Assembly: GCF_964213995.1 (NCBI RefSeq)
Contig: NW_027590119.1
Span: 2,418,001-2,482,000, forward strand
Direction: 5' to 3'
DNA length: 64,000 bases
From: Mustelus asterias
Lineage: Eukaryota
Positions 48,101 through 62,609 of this stretch are shown in pieces (positions within the stretch are counted from its first letter, which is position 1; every line of letters starts with the position of its first letter). A model generated the notes under the pieces. It did not search any database. It saw only the letters and a list, made by a program, of their open reading frames with translations, and had not been told where the DNA came from. A program made the position numbers and the translations under genes.

Positions 48101-49512
48101 GTTCTGAAAGTTCTGATGTCAGAATAAATAAAACATGTTTGAAAAGGCTGGTATTCCACTGAATGTCAATGTGATTGATGATTTAATCTACTAAAACTAG
48201 ACATGTTAAAACATCAGGCAGAGGAGTGACGATAATCGCATTAATCACAGAGCTTTTAACATATCAATTCTTGCATTTTATAATAACATTTGGAAAGGCC
48301 TTGCATTTTTATAACGGTTTACCTGACCTTAGGTCGTCCCAAACCATTTAAAACTCACTGATATATTTTGCTGAAGTTACTCACTGCTGTAATGTTGGAC
48401 AGACAGCAAGTATTTGGTGCACAGCAAGCTCCCATAAAGCGAGATGTGATAAACGAACAGTCATTTTGTGATTTTAGTTGAATGAGTGGCCAGGACACAG
48501 GGCAGAACAGTCCTGTTATATTGAATTTTATCAATGAGATTTTACATTCTGTCATCGGCCTGAAATGAGAATCTGTTTCACCCACTGCTAATGCCCGCTG
48601 ACCTGCCTTTTTTGTTGTTTTACTTTTAGATTTCCGGAATTCGCAGTAGTTTGCACTGTTCGATTCATTCTCTGGATATGGGCATCACTGACAAAGTCAG
48701 CATTTATTGCCCATCCTGAGAAGGGGGTTGTGAACTACCTTTTTGAAATTATTGCCCTTGGTCGGTTTTATTTGTGTTTGACTTTCTGCAGCAGCTTTGA
48801 AACACCTGAATGGCTGTTTTGTCAATTTCAGAGGCACGTAAGGGTCAGCTTCATCACTGTGGAACTGGAGTCACATGTAGGACAGACAGGCTAAACATAG
48901 CTTTTTTTATTGATTCGTGGGACTTGCACATTACTGGCTGGCCAGCATTTGTTGCCCATCTCTAGTTGCCCGTGGAGAGCAGTTGAGAGTCAACCACATT
49001 GCTGTGACTCTGGAGTCACATGTAGGTCAAACAAGGTAAGAACGGCAGATTTCGTTCCCTAAAGAGACATGAGTAAACGAGATGGGTTTTTACAACTATC
49101 AACAATGATCTCATAGTCATCAATAGATTCTTAATTCCAGATAGTTTTTATTGATTTCAAGTTCCACCATCTGCCGTGGCGGGATTTGAACTCAGTTCCT
49201 CAGAACATTGACTGAACATTAGGTACATAGAAATTAGGAGCCGGAGGAGGCCAGTCGAGCCTGATCCACCAGTCTTCATGATTATGGATTATTTCCTATC
49301 TCAAGGCCACATTATTGGATCCTGCCCACACCCTCTGATACCATTAAAATCTCATCACAAATCGATTTATTTCTTGAATCTATTCAGTGGCATGACATCC
49401 AAAGCCTTCAGTGCTAGAGCACTCCGTATGTTCACTAGCCTCTGAAGTGAATGAATATTTCCTCATTTCTGTCCTAAATTGGCTACCCTATGTCTTGTGA
49501 CTGCATCCCTGG

Positions 49513-49790
49513 TTTTTTTAGCCTGTCTTGATGCTCTCTCCACTCCCATTGTTTTGTTTCTTAAAGACTGGATTAGTTGTAAGTATTCGCATTCCAACCA
49601 TTATTCATGTAAATTGAGTCTGTGTCTTTATAAGTTCTGTTTGTGAACAGAATTCCCACTCACCTGAAGAAGGGGCTCAGAGCCTCGAAAGCTTGTGTGG
49701 CTTTTGCTACCAAATAAACCTGTTGGACTTTAACCTGGTGTTGTTAAACTTCTTACTGTGTTTACCCCAGTCCAACGCCGGCATCTCCAC
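49513..49790 (+). mobile_element. Penelope-like family A fragment with a hammerhead motif at 49661-49697
   Basis: CAC-CTGAAGA-A-GGGGC-TCAGA-GCCTC-GAAA-GC-TT-GTG. Confidence 0.75.
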
Positions 49791-50209
49791 AACATTGAGA
49801 CTACCTAACCAGCGAAAACGTCCTTCCTTCATCTTGCCTGCCCAGCCCTGTTAGAATTCGTTTAATTATTCATAACTTCATTTATTATTAATGCACAAGT
49901 AGACATACACTGCAATGAAGTTACTTTGAAAAGGCCCTATGGCCACACTCCAGCGCCTGTTCAGGTACGCTGAGGGGAAATTTAGCATGGCCAATGCACC
50001 GAATCAGCACGTCTTTCTGACTGTGGGAGGAAAATGGAGCACCCGAAGGAAACCCACGCAGATAGGGGGAGAATGTGCAGTCTCTGCACAGACAGTGACC
50101 CAAGGTGGGAATCGAACCCAGGTCCCTGGCATTGAGAGGCAGCCGTGCTAGTCACTGTGCCACTGTACCGCCCTCGTTTTTTATGTTTTGAATGTTTCAA
50201 TCACAATTT

Positions 50210-52150
50210 TATGTATTTCAATCAGATATCTTCTCATCCTTCTAAACTCGAGTGAATACATGAGGTGGAGATGCCAGCGTTGCACTAGGGTGGGTACAGT
50301 AAGAAGTCTCGCAACGCCAGGTTAAAGTCCAACATGTTTATTTGGAATCACGAGCTTTCCGAGCGCTGCTCCTTCATCAGGTCAGTCAAGTGAATACAGG
50401 CCCGGTCGAATCAATTTCGCCTTATAGGACAGTCCCACCAATCCGCTATCAGCTGCACACGCCAGAGACCCTTTCTTAGAGAGAGAGATCAAATCTACAC
50501 GCATTACCCCAGATGTGGTCTTATGAAGACCGGCATTGCTGCAGTAAGACTTCCCTAATTCCGAACTCAAATCTTCTTGCAACGAAGGCCTTCCTAATTG
50601 CTTGCTGTACATACCTCTCCGATTTCATTGGTTGGTGTACAAGGATAGCCAGAGCCATTTGTACATCACACTTCCAAATATATATTGTTTTGTGCATTAC
50701 ACACGTATATAACTGTACATTGAACCACGTTGTACTGCAGCTGCCACATGGTCACCCATTCACACAACTTGTCCAGATCACATTGAAGCCCCCCTGCATC
50801 CTCCTCACAGCTCACAAGTCACTGCACCCTCCTCATAGCTCACAGTTATCTATCGCCAGCCGCTTAGGACATGTCACATTTGATTTCCTTATCCAGATCC
50901 CACGGTGGCACAGCGTCGGGGACCGGGTTCGGTTCCCGGCTTGGGTCATTTTCTGTACGGAGTCTGCACGTTCTCCCCGTGCTAACGTGGATTTCTTCTG
51001 GGTGCCCCGGTTTCCTCCAACAATCCGAAGGACGTGCAGCTTAGGGACATTGGCCATGCTAAACTCTCCCTCAGTGTACCCGAACAGGCGCTGGAGTGTG
51101 GTGACTCGGGGTTTTTCACAGTAACTTCATTGCAGTGTTAACGTAAACCTACATGTGACTAATAAATAAATAAAATAAGTCGGGATCCTGAAGTACCCCA
51201 TCACTCGCTGACTACCACTCGGAAAAAGACCCATGTATTTCCATTCTCTGTTTCTTATCTGTCACCGAATTCTACACCAATGTCAATACATTATTCCCGA
51301 TCCCACGTGCTTTAATTTGACCTACTAATATTGTACGAGGAACCGTCTCAAACGTCTTCTGAAAGTACAAATGCACCACATACCCTGGTTCCCTTCCCCC
51401 TCCCTATTCTATTATTTACAGCCTCAGAAAACGCAAGTATGTTTGTTACGAATTACATATCTTCCTTAAGCCCATGCTGGCTTCATCAAATTCCGTTAAT
51501 GCTTTCCAAATATTTTGCTATCATGTCTTTGATAACAGCCTCCAACATCTTCACTGATGCTAAAGTCAGGCTGTAATTCAACATTTTTACTCTCCCTTCC
51601 TTTGTACATGTTGGGATTTCATTTGTCACCCTCCAATCTATAGGAACTGATCCAGAGTGTATAGAATTTTAGAGGATGACACCAATGCACCCAATATTTT
51701 CAGGGCCATTTCCATTCATACTCTGGGATGTAGATTCTCAGGTCTTAGTGATTTATCAGCATTTCACCCCATTAATTCCCCCAGCATGATTTTGCTACTA
51801 ACACTGGTGTTCTTCAATGCCAACTAGCTCTTGGTTCCCTAACATTTCTGGGAGGATATTTGTGTCCCCTTTTGTGAAGATGGAGTCAAGCTTTGTGTTC
51901 TATTCATCCAACATTTCTTTGTTCCCCATTATAATTTCCCTGGATTCTGACTGTAAGCTACCTAATTTGTCTTAACTAATCTTTGTCTCTTCAGATATTC
52001 AGAGAAGTTTTTACAATTAGTTTCTCTGCTCCCTGCCATTTTCCTTTCATACTCTATTTCCCCCCTCGCACATTGTGTCTTCTTTTGTTGAATTTTAAAA
52101 CGTTCCAAACCCTCAGGCTTGTTCCTTCTTCTGGCAATTTTATATGTCTT
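50210..52150 (-). mobile_element. Degenerate CR1 LINE with nested Penelope-like (50261-50388) and SINE (50900-51175) insertions
   Basis: Decayed CR1 ORF2 phrases. The nested Penelope-like element has TSD AGTGAATACA at 50251-50260 and 50389-50398. Confidence 0.6.
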
Positions 52151-55100
52151 ACAAGTAAGAAGTAAAATTTCCTCTCCTAAAATACATCAGAGAAGAAGAT
52201 GAGCTTTGGCGAAATATGATTGTTATTAATTAGACAACGTTGTTTGATTCAGCTTAATCAATTAATCGAATTGAAATTCCCCAGTTTCTGGGGTGGAATT
52301 TGAACCCTTGCCCGCAGAGCATTACTTCAAGCTTCTGGAATACAAGCTTAACAATAATATTGCTATGCTACACCTTAGACTGAAATATCATCACATCCAA
52401 TAATGGAACAACTGAACATTCAGCACTTGGTCTCAGGTTGTATCATGAGCTCAGGTATCTGTTGTGGGAATTGAACACATTGCCATTTGACTCCAACATG
52501 ATGTTAATTCCACTGAGATAAGACTGTTAACCGATTACAGTTTGTGTTTTGACATGACATTGAGCTCAGTGTGTCTAAACTCTGAGATCTGTGTCCAATA
52601 TTGCACTGATGCATTTAATTGTCAGAAGCAAGTCTTTCCTTAGCCTTGAATCTTATTCTGACACGATGCCATTGATTAATGAGAATCCATGTGAAAGTTT
52701 CATCAATTCCGAAAATGACATCGGGAAACATGCGAGGCAGAAGGTGGTGTGGAACTTGACGTTCATCATGCATGAGCTGCACTATCAGAACAGCTGAACG
52801 CTGCGTTTGTTTCCTTTAGAACTGAGCAGTTTATGGGAGATTTAGTACAGAAGTTAAAAGTTATGAATGAGAATCTTTTGCTCATTAGGAAGAAAATGTT
52901 ATCCATTGGCAATAGGGCCAGTGTATAGAAGACACTGCTTTATTGGTTATTAATTAACTGACTCAACCCTCTGATTACATTACACCGGTCCATACTTCTA
53001 TTTATGTTGTACCAGACCCAGTCTTTAATGATACGGCAGCGGACCCTGTCTCTCTTTATCCTGCATTCGGTCGTTTTTCTTGTTATACTGCACTCAGCCA
53101 TCTCTCTGTTATGCTACATTAGGTCCTCTTAAATAGTCCTAGAGTGGACCACGGATGTGATTATAGTAAGTCGGATCCCATCTCTTTTATATTACACAGG
53201 ATTTGTCTCTTTACAATACATCAGAACCTGTCTCTGTTAATCCAGCATGGGAGCATGAATATGTTGCCTGTCGAGCTATTATCAATTACGATACATGTGG
53301 GCGTGCCCGTCCGATGCCAATCATTCTTGTTTGGAAGAGTAGGTTCATTTTTTGCTAATATCTATAAGTAGCTGTGAGAAACGTCTAATCACTCTGCTAT
53401 TGTGTGTGTAATATTTCGCGTGAACGTTATAACAATTTCTCAATGATTAACTGGCATTGAGGGACAGGTCAATATGAACAATGGTGCAGTGCTCTTTGCA
53501 ATATCTTCAGGCAACCTCTGTTCTGATCCATTTTATTAGTTGAATATTGTGTTGCACTATGCCAATTTGACACAGATTTGAGCGATAATGATTGTGTCGC
53601 CTGTCTTATTTTATTAATAGCATTCAACTGACACACTGACGGTACGAGACAGAATTGTGCACTCGCAATATCGCCGGATGGGCTCCCACAGGCTAATTTT
53701 CTAACTAATGATTAATTGCTCATCTGTTTCAGAGAGAAATAAAACGAAATGGCCACAGAACAAGTTATGTTTGAATAGAATTTAAAAATATAAATTTTCT
53801 GCATTTTCCATTCTTAACTTCAAAATTATTTTTCAGTTTGGGATGTGTTAATCTGCTTGGGCACTAAACTCTGTTATTCCCACCCTAAATGTCCTTATCT
53901 CCCTTTCCCCGTCTAAATCAATCCATAAAACCGCCCCTTTTTTGACCATCCTTTTAGTAATCAGTTCAAATATCTCGTTGCTCAAAAACAAGCTACTGCG
54001 GATGCATGGGATATGAAAAAGGAAATGCCAGAAACACTCAGCAGATCATTAAGCATAAATGGAGTGGTATTAGTGTACTTGTCCATCTCTCTCTCTCTCT
54101 CTCTCTGTCTTTCCTCAATCAACACTGCAGTTCATCATCTCGGATTCATAATATTAGATCATATACCGTTATTACTGAATTAGGTTATGATTCTGTGGAA
54201 TATACGAATGACCATTTTTAAAATTTCTTACTATAGTCCGACCATGTATATGCCTATATTTCACTATACATTGAGTTTAGTTTTATTACACTGCCCCTCC
54301 TTCCGCTATTACTGCATTTAACCATGTATTTTTTTTATTGCACAGGAGTGGTCTCAGTTATGACTGTACTACACCATATCTCGTTTTATCTTTCTTTCAG
54401 CACTGTATCTGTGTTTGTAAAGCAACCTGAAGTTTAATTTATTAATGCACAGGGCTTTGCTTCTGTATGTGCTACAATTAACCTTGTCTCAGTAACTTGA
54501 CACTGTTCACTGCAATAACACATTTAGTGCAGGCATGTACAGTAATGCACTGGGTCATGTCTCTTTATATACCGCATTTGTCTCATTTGAATCATTATTG
54601 CAATAGACCTTGTATCTGTTTACATTACATTACGTGCCGCTTCATTTATATTACACAAAGACATGCCGTGATATATGCTACAACAATAATCATTTCTGAG
54701 CTGTTGTTGCTTAATCAAGAGTCCACATATGTTACATTAGGCTCCATCTCAGATATTATTGTTCTAGGCTGTACGTCATGCATTACTGAGCACACCCGTA
54801 CCTCACGTTGCATTACATTGGGTCCTAATAATAAAGCAGGCACGGTCTCAGTTATTAATTTTCTATAAAATGCGTCTGATGGATGAGAAAAAAGCAAGAG
54901 CAAGCTAGCAGGATGGCGCAGTGATTAGCACTGCTGCCTCACAGTGCTAGGGTCCCGAGTTCGATTTCTGGCTTGGTCACTATATGTGTGGAGTTTGCAC
55001 GTTTTCCCTGTGTCTGTGTCGGTTTCCTTCCACAGTCCAAACTTGTGATAGTTAGGGGCATTGGAGATGTCAAATTCTCCCTCAGTGTACCCGAACAGGT

Positions 55101-58100
55101 GCCAGAGTGTGGCGACTGGGGGATTCTCACAGTAACTTCATTGCAGTGTTAATGCAAGCCTACATGTGATTAATAAATGAACTTTAAATAAATAGATAGA
55201 TACTATCTTAGGAAACGAAATGTATTCGTGTGGATGAAAGGGGTTGGAAGAATGCGTTACATCTTGTTAATAACTATTAGTTATTGCGCATCATATCTAC
55301 TTGCTCTCGTATTATGTGCAATAATTGGTTGAAAGCTTGGGATGAATCTTGTAACATCCTCTTGTTCAAAAAAGATTGAAGAACTCAATTAACGTATACC
55401 ACGTTGCACTGCAAATGGACACTCAGGGGCAATTCAGCATGACCACTCCTCCTAGCCCGCATATTTTTGGACTGCAGAAGGAAAGCCGTAAACTTGTCAG
55501 AAACCCACGCACATACGGGGCGAATGTGCAAACACAACACAGACAGTTACACAAGGCCGAAATGGAACCTGTGCCCGTAACAATGTGAGGTGCCAGTCCT
55601 AACCGCTATGTAAATAATTGCAATTACTTTTAAGCATGTTATGGTAATTTATTCAGTATTTAATTGCACATTCTATGCCTCAGTCAATACCTAAAGTTAA
55701 TGAACTGCTCTGAACGCTCTTGAATGTGATATACAGCAGGCCATTCCGCTGCCAAGGCAATGCATCTTTCAAATGACTCACTGAACTTCTCTCCTCTCTT
55801 TCTCTGTCTCAGATTGTACCTAAATCAGATAACCTCTCTTCTCTCTCTCAGTCTCCTTTAGCTCACTTACACAGGTACCCATGAGCCGGATCTGGCGACT
55901 AGTTCAAAAAAATGTTCAATTTTTATGCTTATGGCAACTTGTGACTGTAAAGATGAAGCACAACAATCTCAACAGAGGAAAATACAGTGCCGGAAACAGA
56001 CCAGTTCACTCACTTAAACTCTCTCCTCGATTTCTCTCACACAACACCTAACACACTTAAAGTTTATATTTTAGAACACCTCTACGGGAAAAAATGTTGC
56101 TTTAATTATTCCTCTTTTCTCTCAGTGATAATCTTTAGTCCATCTTCCTTTCAATTAACCTTTTTAAACCCCAAATATGATCATTTTCTTGATTCATCAA
56201 AATGGCAATGGAAGTGAATGTAATGCTGAGACCGGCAGCAATTCTGTGACTGTTCTTGATGCTTTCAGAGTGAGTTCACCCTCGCAGGCAGGAAGACTGT
56301 TCACGGTGATAACATCAAACTAGCCCCGTTTGTTTCATTCTCAGGTAATACAACTTCCCGATTCTTGCTGCCAGTTCCAAACCACACATCTCACTTCTGA
56401 GCAGAAAATAAATCCAGGGGCCACAATCTGCTGAGAACATCTGTCAGTGCGGCCTACATCTGTCCACAGTGTCGGGGCAGAGACACACAGATCACATTGC
56501 AGCGACATTTACAAATGAGTCTGTTGTGATCTGTTCAGAGTTTCCATTCCCGGACATAACTGGATGGTCAGTAGACCAGTCACTGAGCTCCCTCGGGTTC
56601 CGTGAAGGAAGGGAATGATGACTGTTATCTTTCATTGTTTGCCATTTTCTCTCCATCTGCTATTGATTTTTTGTTCCTCAGCTTTTATCTGTCAGCATCC
56701 CGTTTTTCTTTCTCCTAACTCTCCCGGTGTCTCTCTCTCTCTATCTCCTTGTGAGTCTTTTGAACACATTTATTAGTGTTCAAAATCATGAAGTTGTGAG
56801 TGGGGTAATTAAAGAGAGAATATTTCAACTCGAAGGACGGTCGGTAACCACTGGGCAAAGATTTATTTTATTGTGCAGGGCGACAGAAATTTAATTGATT
56901 ACTTTTACACAAGAGTTGTTATGAACTGGAATAAAGAGCTTGAAAGGACGATGGAACCAGATTTCACAGTAACTTTGGAAAATAAATTAGCATATCCTTC
57001 ATGGTGTTAAAATTTGAAGGATTTTCGAGAATAGGTCCATTTTAATGGATGTTATATATCATTGTTCGAGCATCGTTTCTGTGTCTCCCGCTGTCCTTCA
57101 TTGAGACTGAATCAAATGCAATATTTATACAGCTGTCGTCTTGTGCATATCTTATCTTTTGACAACACTTGTGTATATGTGTGTGTGTGTGTGTGTGTGC
57201 TGGGGTGCGGGGGTGGGGGGTGGTGGCGGATGGTGGGCGGTTAGGGGGGCGGTGGAGGTGGGGGGGGGGGGGGGTGGACATTTGCCAGGAACCAATCCGA
57301 AATTCAATTATTCAATTCTGTTTACAAGCCATCACTTTGAACAAATTAGCGTTGGATCGAACTTGTTTAGGAAAAGCACAATAATCCTTAACATTTATTG
57401 CACTGTTCTTTTTTGCTTCCGATGATGTTTTCATACTTCGTCTTTTCACTCTTCACATGTCCTAATTCTGTCTGTAAATGTGGAACTGTTTGTAAGAATG
57501 AGAAGGAACCTGTTATTTTCTGTTCCTCTGACAGATTCACCATTGTTACCTCAGACAATAGAAATATTTGGAGTCCACCATGATTGACCCCCATTGGGAA
57601 TAACAGCCCTTAGTCAGTTGGAGTCAGTCACTCTTGCGGCTGTCATCGGTTTCCAATCCATGTTTGCCAAACAAATCCCTGCATCAGTCGTAATGATGAA
57701 GAAACCTGCGCAAGGCCCTAGAAGTGATTCCTTCCCAGTCTGACTCCGGGCCCAGCTGTCTCTGTTCGTGATACACCGGGGAAGGGCATTCAAATTATAA
57801 TGTCCTCATTCTCTATGATTATTTTTGGAAACCGTAACCTAATCAGTTGTGAATTGGAACCTATATCTGGCTTTGTTACGTTTGACACCTGCCAGTTGTT
57901 ATTGGACAAATTACTTTTTTCCAGAATGATCACACGCAAAAAAACGTTTATTTAAATGTTATAACATGTTCTGTCTTTCTTATTCTATATATCCCATACA
58001 TTGGTTTGCATGACTCTCCCGGCCAGTTTATGTTATCATTGCGCCAGCATATCTGTCTATATATAAAATTGGTTTCTGTCTCTGTTGTTACCGCATAATT

Positions 58101-60469
58101 TTAAATCATTTATGGGATGTGGGCATCACTGGCATCTGTTGCCCTTCTCTAATTGCCCCTGACAAAGTGATGATGAGCTGCCATCTTGAACAGCTACTGT
58201 CCATGTTCACCAGGCAATATTACTGTTTATATCACACAAGGTCTGGCCAACCTTATGATACACCTGATCCTGATTCATCGTATTACCGAGATTGTACAAC
58301 CTATACACAGTAGAAAATATTTAGGGTGGAATTGGTGAATGTAACGGTCAAACGGAAATATTGCTCCTTCTCCGGAGAGCAGCAGATGTTTCAATCCTTT
58401 GCATCAATAGGAATAAGAAGTCTGGGAATTACAGGTGTAATTTCCTCCTGTCGGCTATATGTCCAGGGTCATTTTCGCCATCATTTTCACAAATCAGCAC
58501 ATAATCAGCACAATATATCAGGAATTTCAGTGAGACACTGAGAAGATCAATTTCCAGTAATCTCCTCGTCATTCGAGATGTGACTTATCCATTTTCCAAC
58601 AGGTCTCTAAAGACAGATAAGGAAACGCTGGGAACCAAGTAGTCAGACTGAAATCAGTTTGTGTGCAAGAGCACACAACAGAATGGTTGTCGATAAATAG
58701 CTACATATTAAACGTTCTGCAGTTGAAATATATGAATTGTTTGGTGTTTTCCTACACTCATGGAATGCAGAGATGGACTGAAGGCTATCACTGGGAAAAC
58801 TGAAGGGAAATTGCTAAAAGATATCATTTCTCCAAAGGGGGTAATTGGAAAAAAGACTACTTAAAATAAATAAGCACTCAACTGTCTAAGCACTGATATG
58901 ATATTTCTGAGACATAGAACCATAGAATCCCTACAGTTCAGAAAAAGACCATCTGGCCCACCGAGTCTGCATCCGACCCAAGCCCTCCCCTCTGCCCTAT
59001 CCCTGTTAGCCCCACACATTTACCATGGCTAATCCATATACCCTAAGGACAATAACTGGCAATTTTGCATGGCCAATCCATCTAATACGATCTGTTGTAA
59101 TATAAACGAGGGACGGGTTTTGTGCAGTAATACAGAGGCAGAGCCGAGTGCACCAATTATTCATACAGCACCTGCACTAATATGAATGCAGACTGGGTCC
59201 AGTTCAGTGTTTACTGAGAGCGGGTAGAGCGTAGTGCTAACCAGCGTGGTGTTTTCTCACATAGACAGAGACATGAAGTACGCAGCTGGAACAAAGTCAA
59301 GGTTTATTCCAATGTAAGCAGAGACAATGTGTACTATAATTTAAACTGGGATAGGTTCTAGTGCAATGTAAACTCACATCGACAGTATCAGAATATAGGG
59401 ATATGATTTAGTGTGATATAAACAGAGATGTGGTCCAGTGGAATAAAAAGCGAGGCAATGCCGAGTAAAGCAATAATTGAGAAGGGATAATGTGTAAAAT
59501 GAACAGTGGTATGGTTTGGTGCAGTGATAAAGGAGAGAGCATCTAGCGCAATAAAACGGCCACCGGGCCTAGTGTAATTTTGCCTGATTCTGGGCATTGT
59601 ATCATATAAAGTGAGACAAAGCTGATGCAATAATTTCAAACTAAGGCTTCAGATTGATATAAGCTTTGACAGGGGCATTGGAGCAATAAACGAGTCATGA
59701 AATAGAACAATAATTAGAGACAGCATATTATTCGGTATAAACAGGGAGGTGGACTGGTGCAGCAGTGATTGAGATATTGTCGATGTTCCTTTATACGTTG
59801 CAGGTTCCAGCAATGTAATATCAAATGAGGCTTGGTGCAGTATAGTAAGAACTAGGATTTTGCTGAGTACAGAATCAACTGAGAATTATTGTCATATAAT
59901 CAGAAATATGATTTTGTGTCATATAAACTAGGTCTAGTTTAGGATGGACAAAGACTGAATCTATTGCAGCAATAACTGAGACGATCTGTTTCGCATCGTG
60001 CCAAAGAGCACGATTTCACTGCCATCTCCTGGACGTCCTTTGCTATTGCAGATGTTGTGAAATGCTGATTTTAGTTGTTGTTCCATATTCTTTCATGGGC
60101 TGTATACGCAGCTGGCAAGGCCAGCATAATTTGGCAATCGCTAGTACTCTGAATCCATTGGTTTCCTAGATCATCACGGAAGGCATGCAAGCGCCAAACA
60201 CGTGTGGGCCTGGAGTCAGCTTTGGGCCAAACTGGGAAATGATGGATGGTTCCCTTTTCTGCTGGGCATTAGAGAATCTGTTATATTACTTGTATTGGCC
60301 GCAATTACGGAAACGAGGTTTAAATTCAAAATTGCAATTGCATTGTAAAACCCACTTTCTGTTGCAGTTGGATTTGAACATATATCTTGAGAAAATTGCT
60401 TCCCCTCAGAATTACTCTCCCAGTGATGTTGCCACTGTCCCCCCTTTCCACGTTGATAGAGTATTTACA

Positions 60470-62065
60470 GCAGAGAAGAAGGCCATTTTGAAGCGTCATG
60501 TATGTGCTGGTCCATTATAGGAGGAATTCATCCAATCACATTCTATACCCCACAGTCCAGCATTTTGTTCATTTTCAGACAACAATCCAATCCCATTTTG
60601 AAACCATCAATTAGCGCTGCTAGCACCAGACTCTCAAACAGCACATTCTAGATCTGAATCACTCACCGTCTGAAAATGTTTTTCGTTATGTCTCCATGCT
60701 CCTTTCACCAATTAACTTCAGCCCACACCCTCTGTTACAGAATCGATCTACGATTGAACAATTCCTCTCTATGGACTCTGTCAAGACCCCTCAGGATTTT
60801 GAAAGCCTCAATAGGATTACAGTAGTAACTTACTGTCAAGAAAATCAGTCCGAAGCTCTCCAATATATTTTCGTCACTGAAGTTTCTGATCTCTGGAATT
60901 ATTCTCGTGTTTTCCCCTGCATCCAGCCTGTTGGATTTACATTCTGTCTTACGTTGCGTGCACAGAATTGAACCCAATTGTTCAGTTGACTGTTTTCCAG
61001 TGCTTTCTACAAATATAGCACAACGTCCTTGCTTCTGTCTTCTTTTCCCCAACAGACAAAGACTATTAACTATTTTATTTACGGCTGTCTCAACTTGTCT
61101 TCCACCATGCATGATTTATGCACACATTCACTCAGGTCCCTCGGCGTCGACACTCACTTTCATAGCGTTTTCCTCATTTCCATTTGTCTCTTCACACTCT
61201 GCTTAACAAAACTAATCATGTAACTTCACTCCGCAATAAGTTAAATCTCCCAATTTCGCGCCCATCCACCAATTAGTTTTTTTTTTCGTTTTGAAGTTCT
61301 GCATGATCTACTGATGGTTGGTAATGTTTCCAAGGTTTGTATCATTCACAGATTTTGAAAGTCTGACCTCCATACCAAGCTCTCGGTCATTACTGTGTCA
61401 GGAAGATCAAGAGTCATATAACCTATTCCTGGCAACTTCACTACAAGCTTTGTTCCAGTCCGAAAAACAGCTACGAGTTGTTTCCTGGCAATCAGCCAAT
61501 TTCCTTTCCATTGTGCTCCTGTTCATTTTATTCTGTGAGCTCCATATTTACTCACAAGGCTGTGGTGCAGCACCGTATCACATGACTTTTGGACGCCCAT
61601 TAAGAGAAATACTCTCAGAAACCATCTCTGTTCCTCAGCATAAAACTCAAGCAAGTTAATTAAACACGTTTTGACCTGAACAAATGCATTCTGGCCGAAT
61701 TTCTCAAGAAACATTTGAGTGGGATGATTTCTGCAGTGACGAAGGGAGTGAAGATATGGATGCTAAATCTGCTGACGACACACAGATAGATCGGAAAATT
61801 GGGCATTGGCGAGTGCATTGGGCATATCTCGAATATTGTGTACATTACTTGTCTCCTTATCTTAAGAAACATGTTAATGCGTTAGAAAATGTTCAGAGGA
61901 GTTTTACTAAACTATTCCCAGCTATGAGCGGGTTATCGTACAAGGAAAGGATGGTGACGTCAGGTTTGTACCCACGCGAGTTTCGAAGAGTAAGAAGCAA
62001 CTTGACTAAAACCTTTAAACCCTACGGGGTGCTAACAGTGTGGACGTTGAGCGGATATTTCCTCT
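60470..62065. mobile_element. Degenerate CR1 fragments in both orientations
   Basis: Minus-strand pieces (IEAFKILRGLDRV; TCLINLLEFY) and a plus-strand piece (KSADDTQI...LEYCVHYLSPYLKK). Confidence 0.65.
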
Positions 62066-62301
62066 TGTGCAGTATTGTAGTGTACTGGATATGTCTCAGA
62101 GTGTATATATCTGGGCTCTTGGTTCTGCGCCTGTTTCCAATGCTGTTGTACTGTCCACGGGAGGCCGCTCTCTGATAACTTACCGAACAACGTGGCCTCC
62201 TTTTGCAGAAAGTGACTATTTGCCAATATGAAAATGGGCGGAGAATGGGCGGGATAGGGCCTGGGCGGGATTGTGGTCGGTGCAAACCCGATGGGCCGAA
62301 T

Positions 62302-62459
62302 CCAAAAGAGAAAACGCTGGAAAATCTCAACTTTGACAAAGGGTCATCTGGACTTGAAACGTGAGCGCTTTTCTCAGATGCCGCCAGACCTGCTGAGATT
62401 TTCCAGAATTTTCTCTTTTGGTTTCAGATTCCAATGTCCGCAGTAATTTGCTTTTATCA
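62302..62459. mobile_element. Penelope-like family B insertion with a short inverted arm, inside a SINE tail
   Basis: TSD ATGGGCCGAAT at 62291-62301 and 62460-62470. Similar to 32910-33137. Confidence 0.65.
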
Positions 62460-62609
62460 ATGGGCCGAATGGCCACCTTCTTCGCTGTAGGATTCTATGA
62501 TTCCACGAAGTTAAATCATGAAGACTTCGCACGCCCTGAATGAGAAATGTCCAACAGTGTTTTTGCCCGGTTTCGATATGGGGATCTTTTGCATGTGATG
62601 CGAACGTGA

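Noticed and set aside
56465-56503. Isolated CACAGTG as an orphan RSS (also near 3863 and 10690)
   Set aside because: No acceptable nonamer at 12- or 23-bp spacing, and no adjacent V, D or J coding sequence.
57530-58610. Possible decayed Ig-like or transmembrane exons (acceptor at about 57534; minus-strand LLSVSLKFLIYC and GNYTC fragments)
   Set aside because: Multiple stops in every frame and no consistent Cys/Trp spacing. A tBLASTx or HMM search would be needed to support it.
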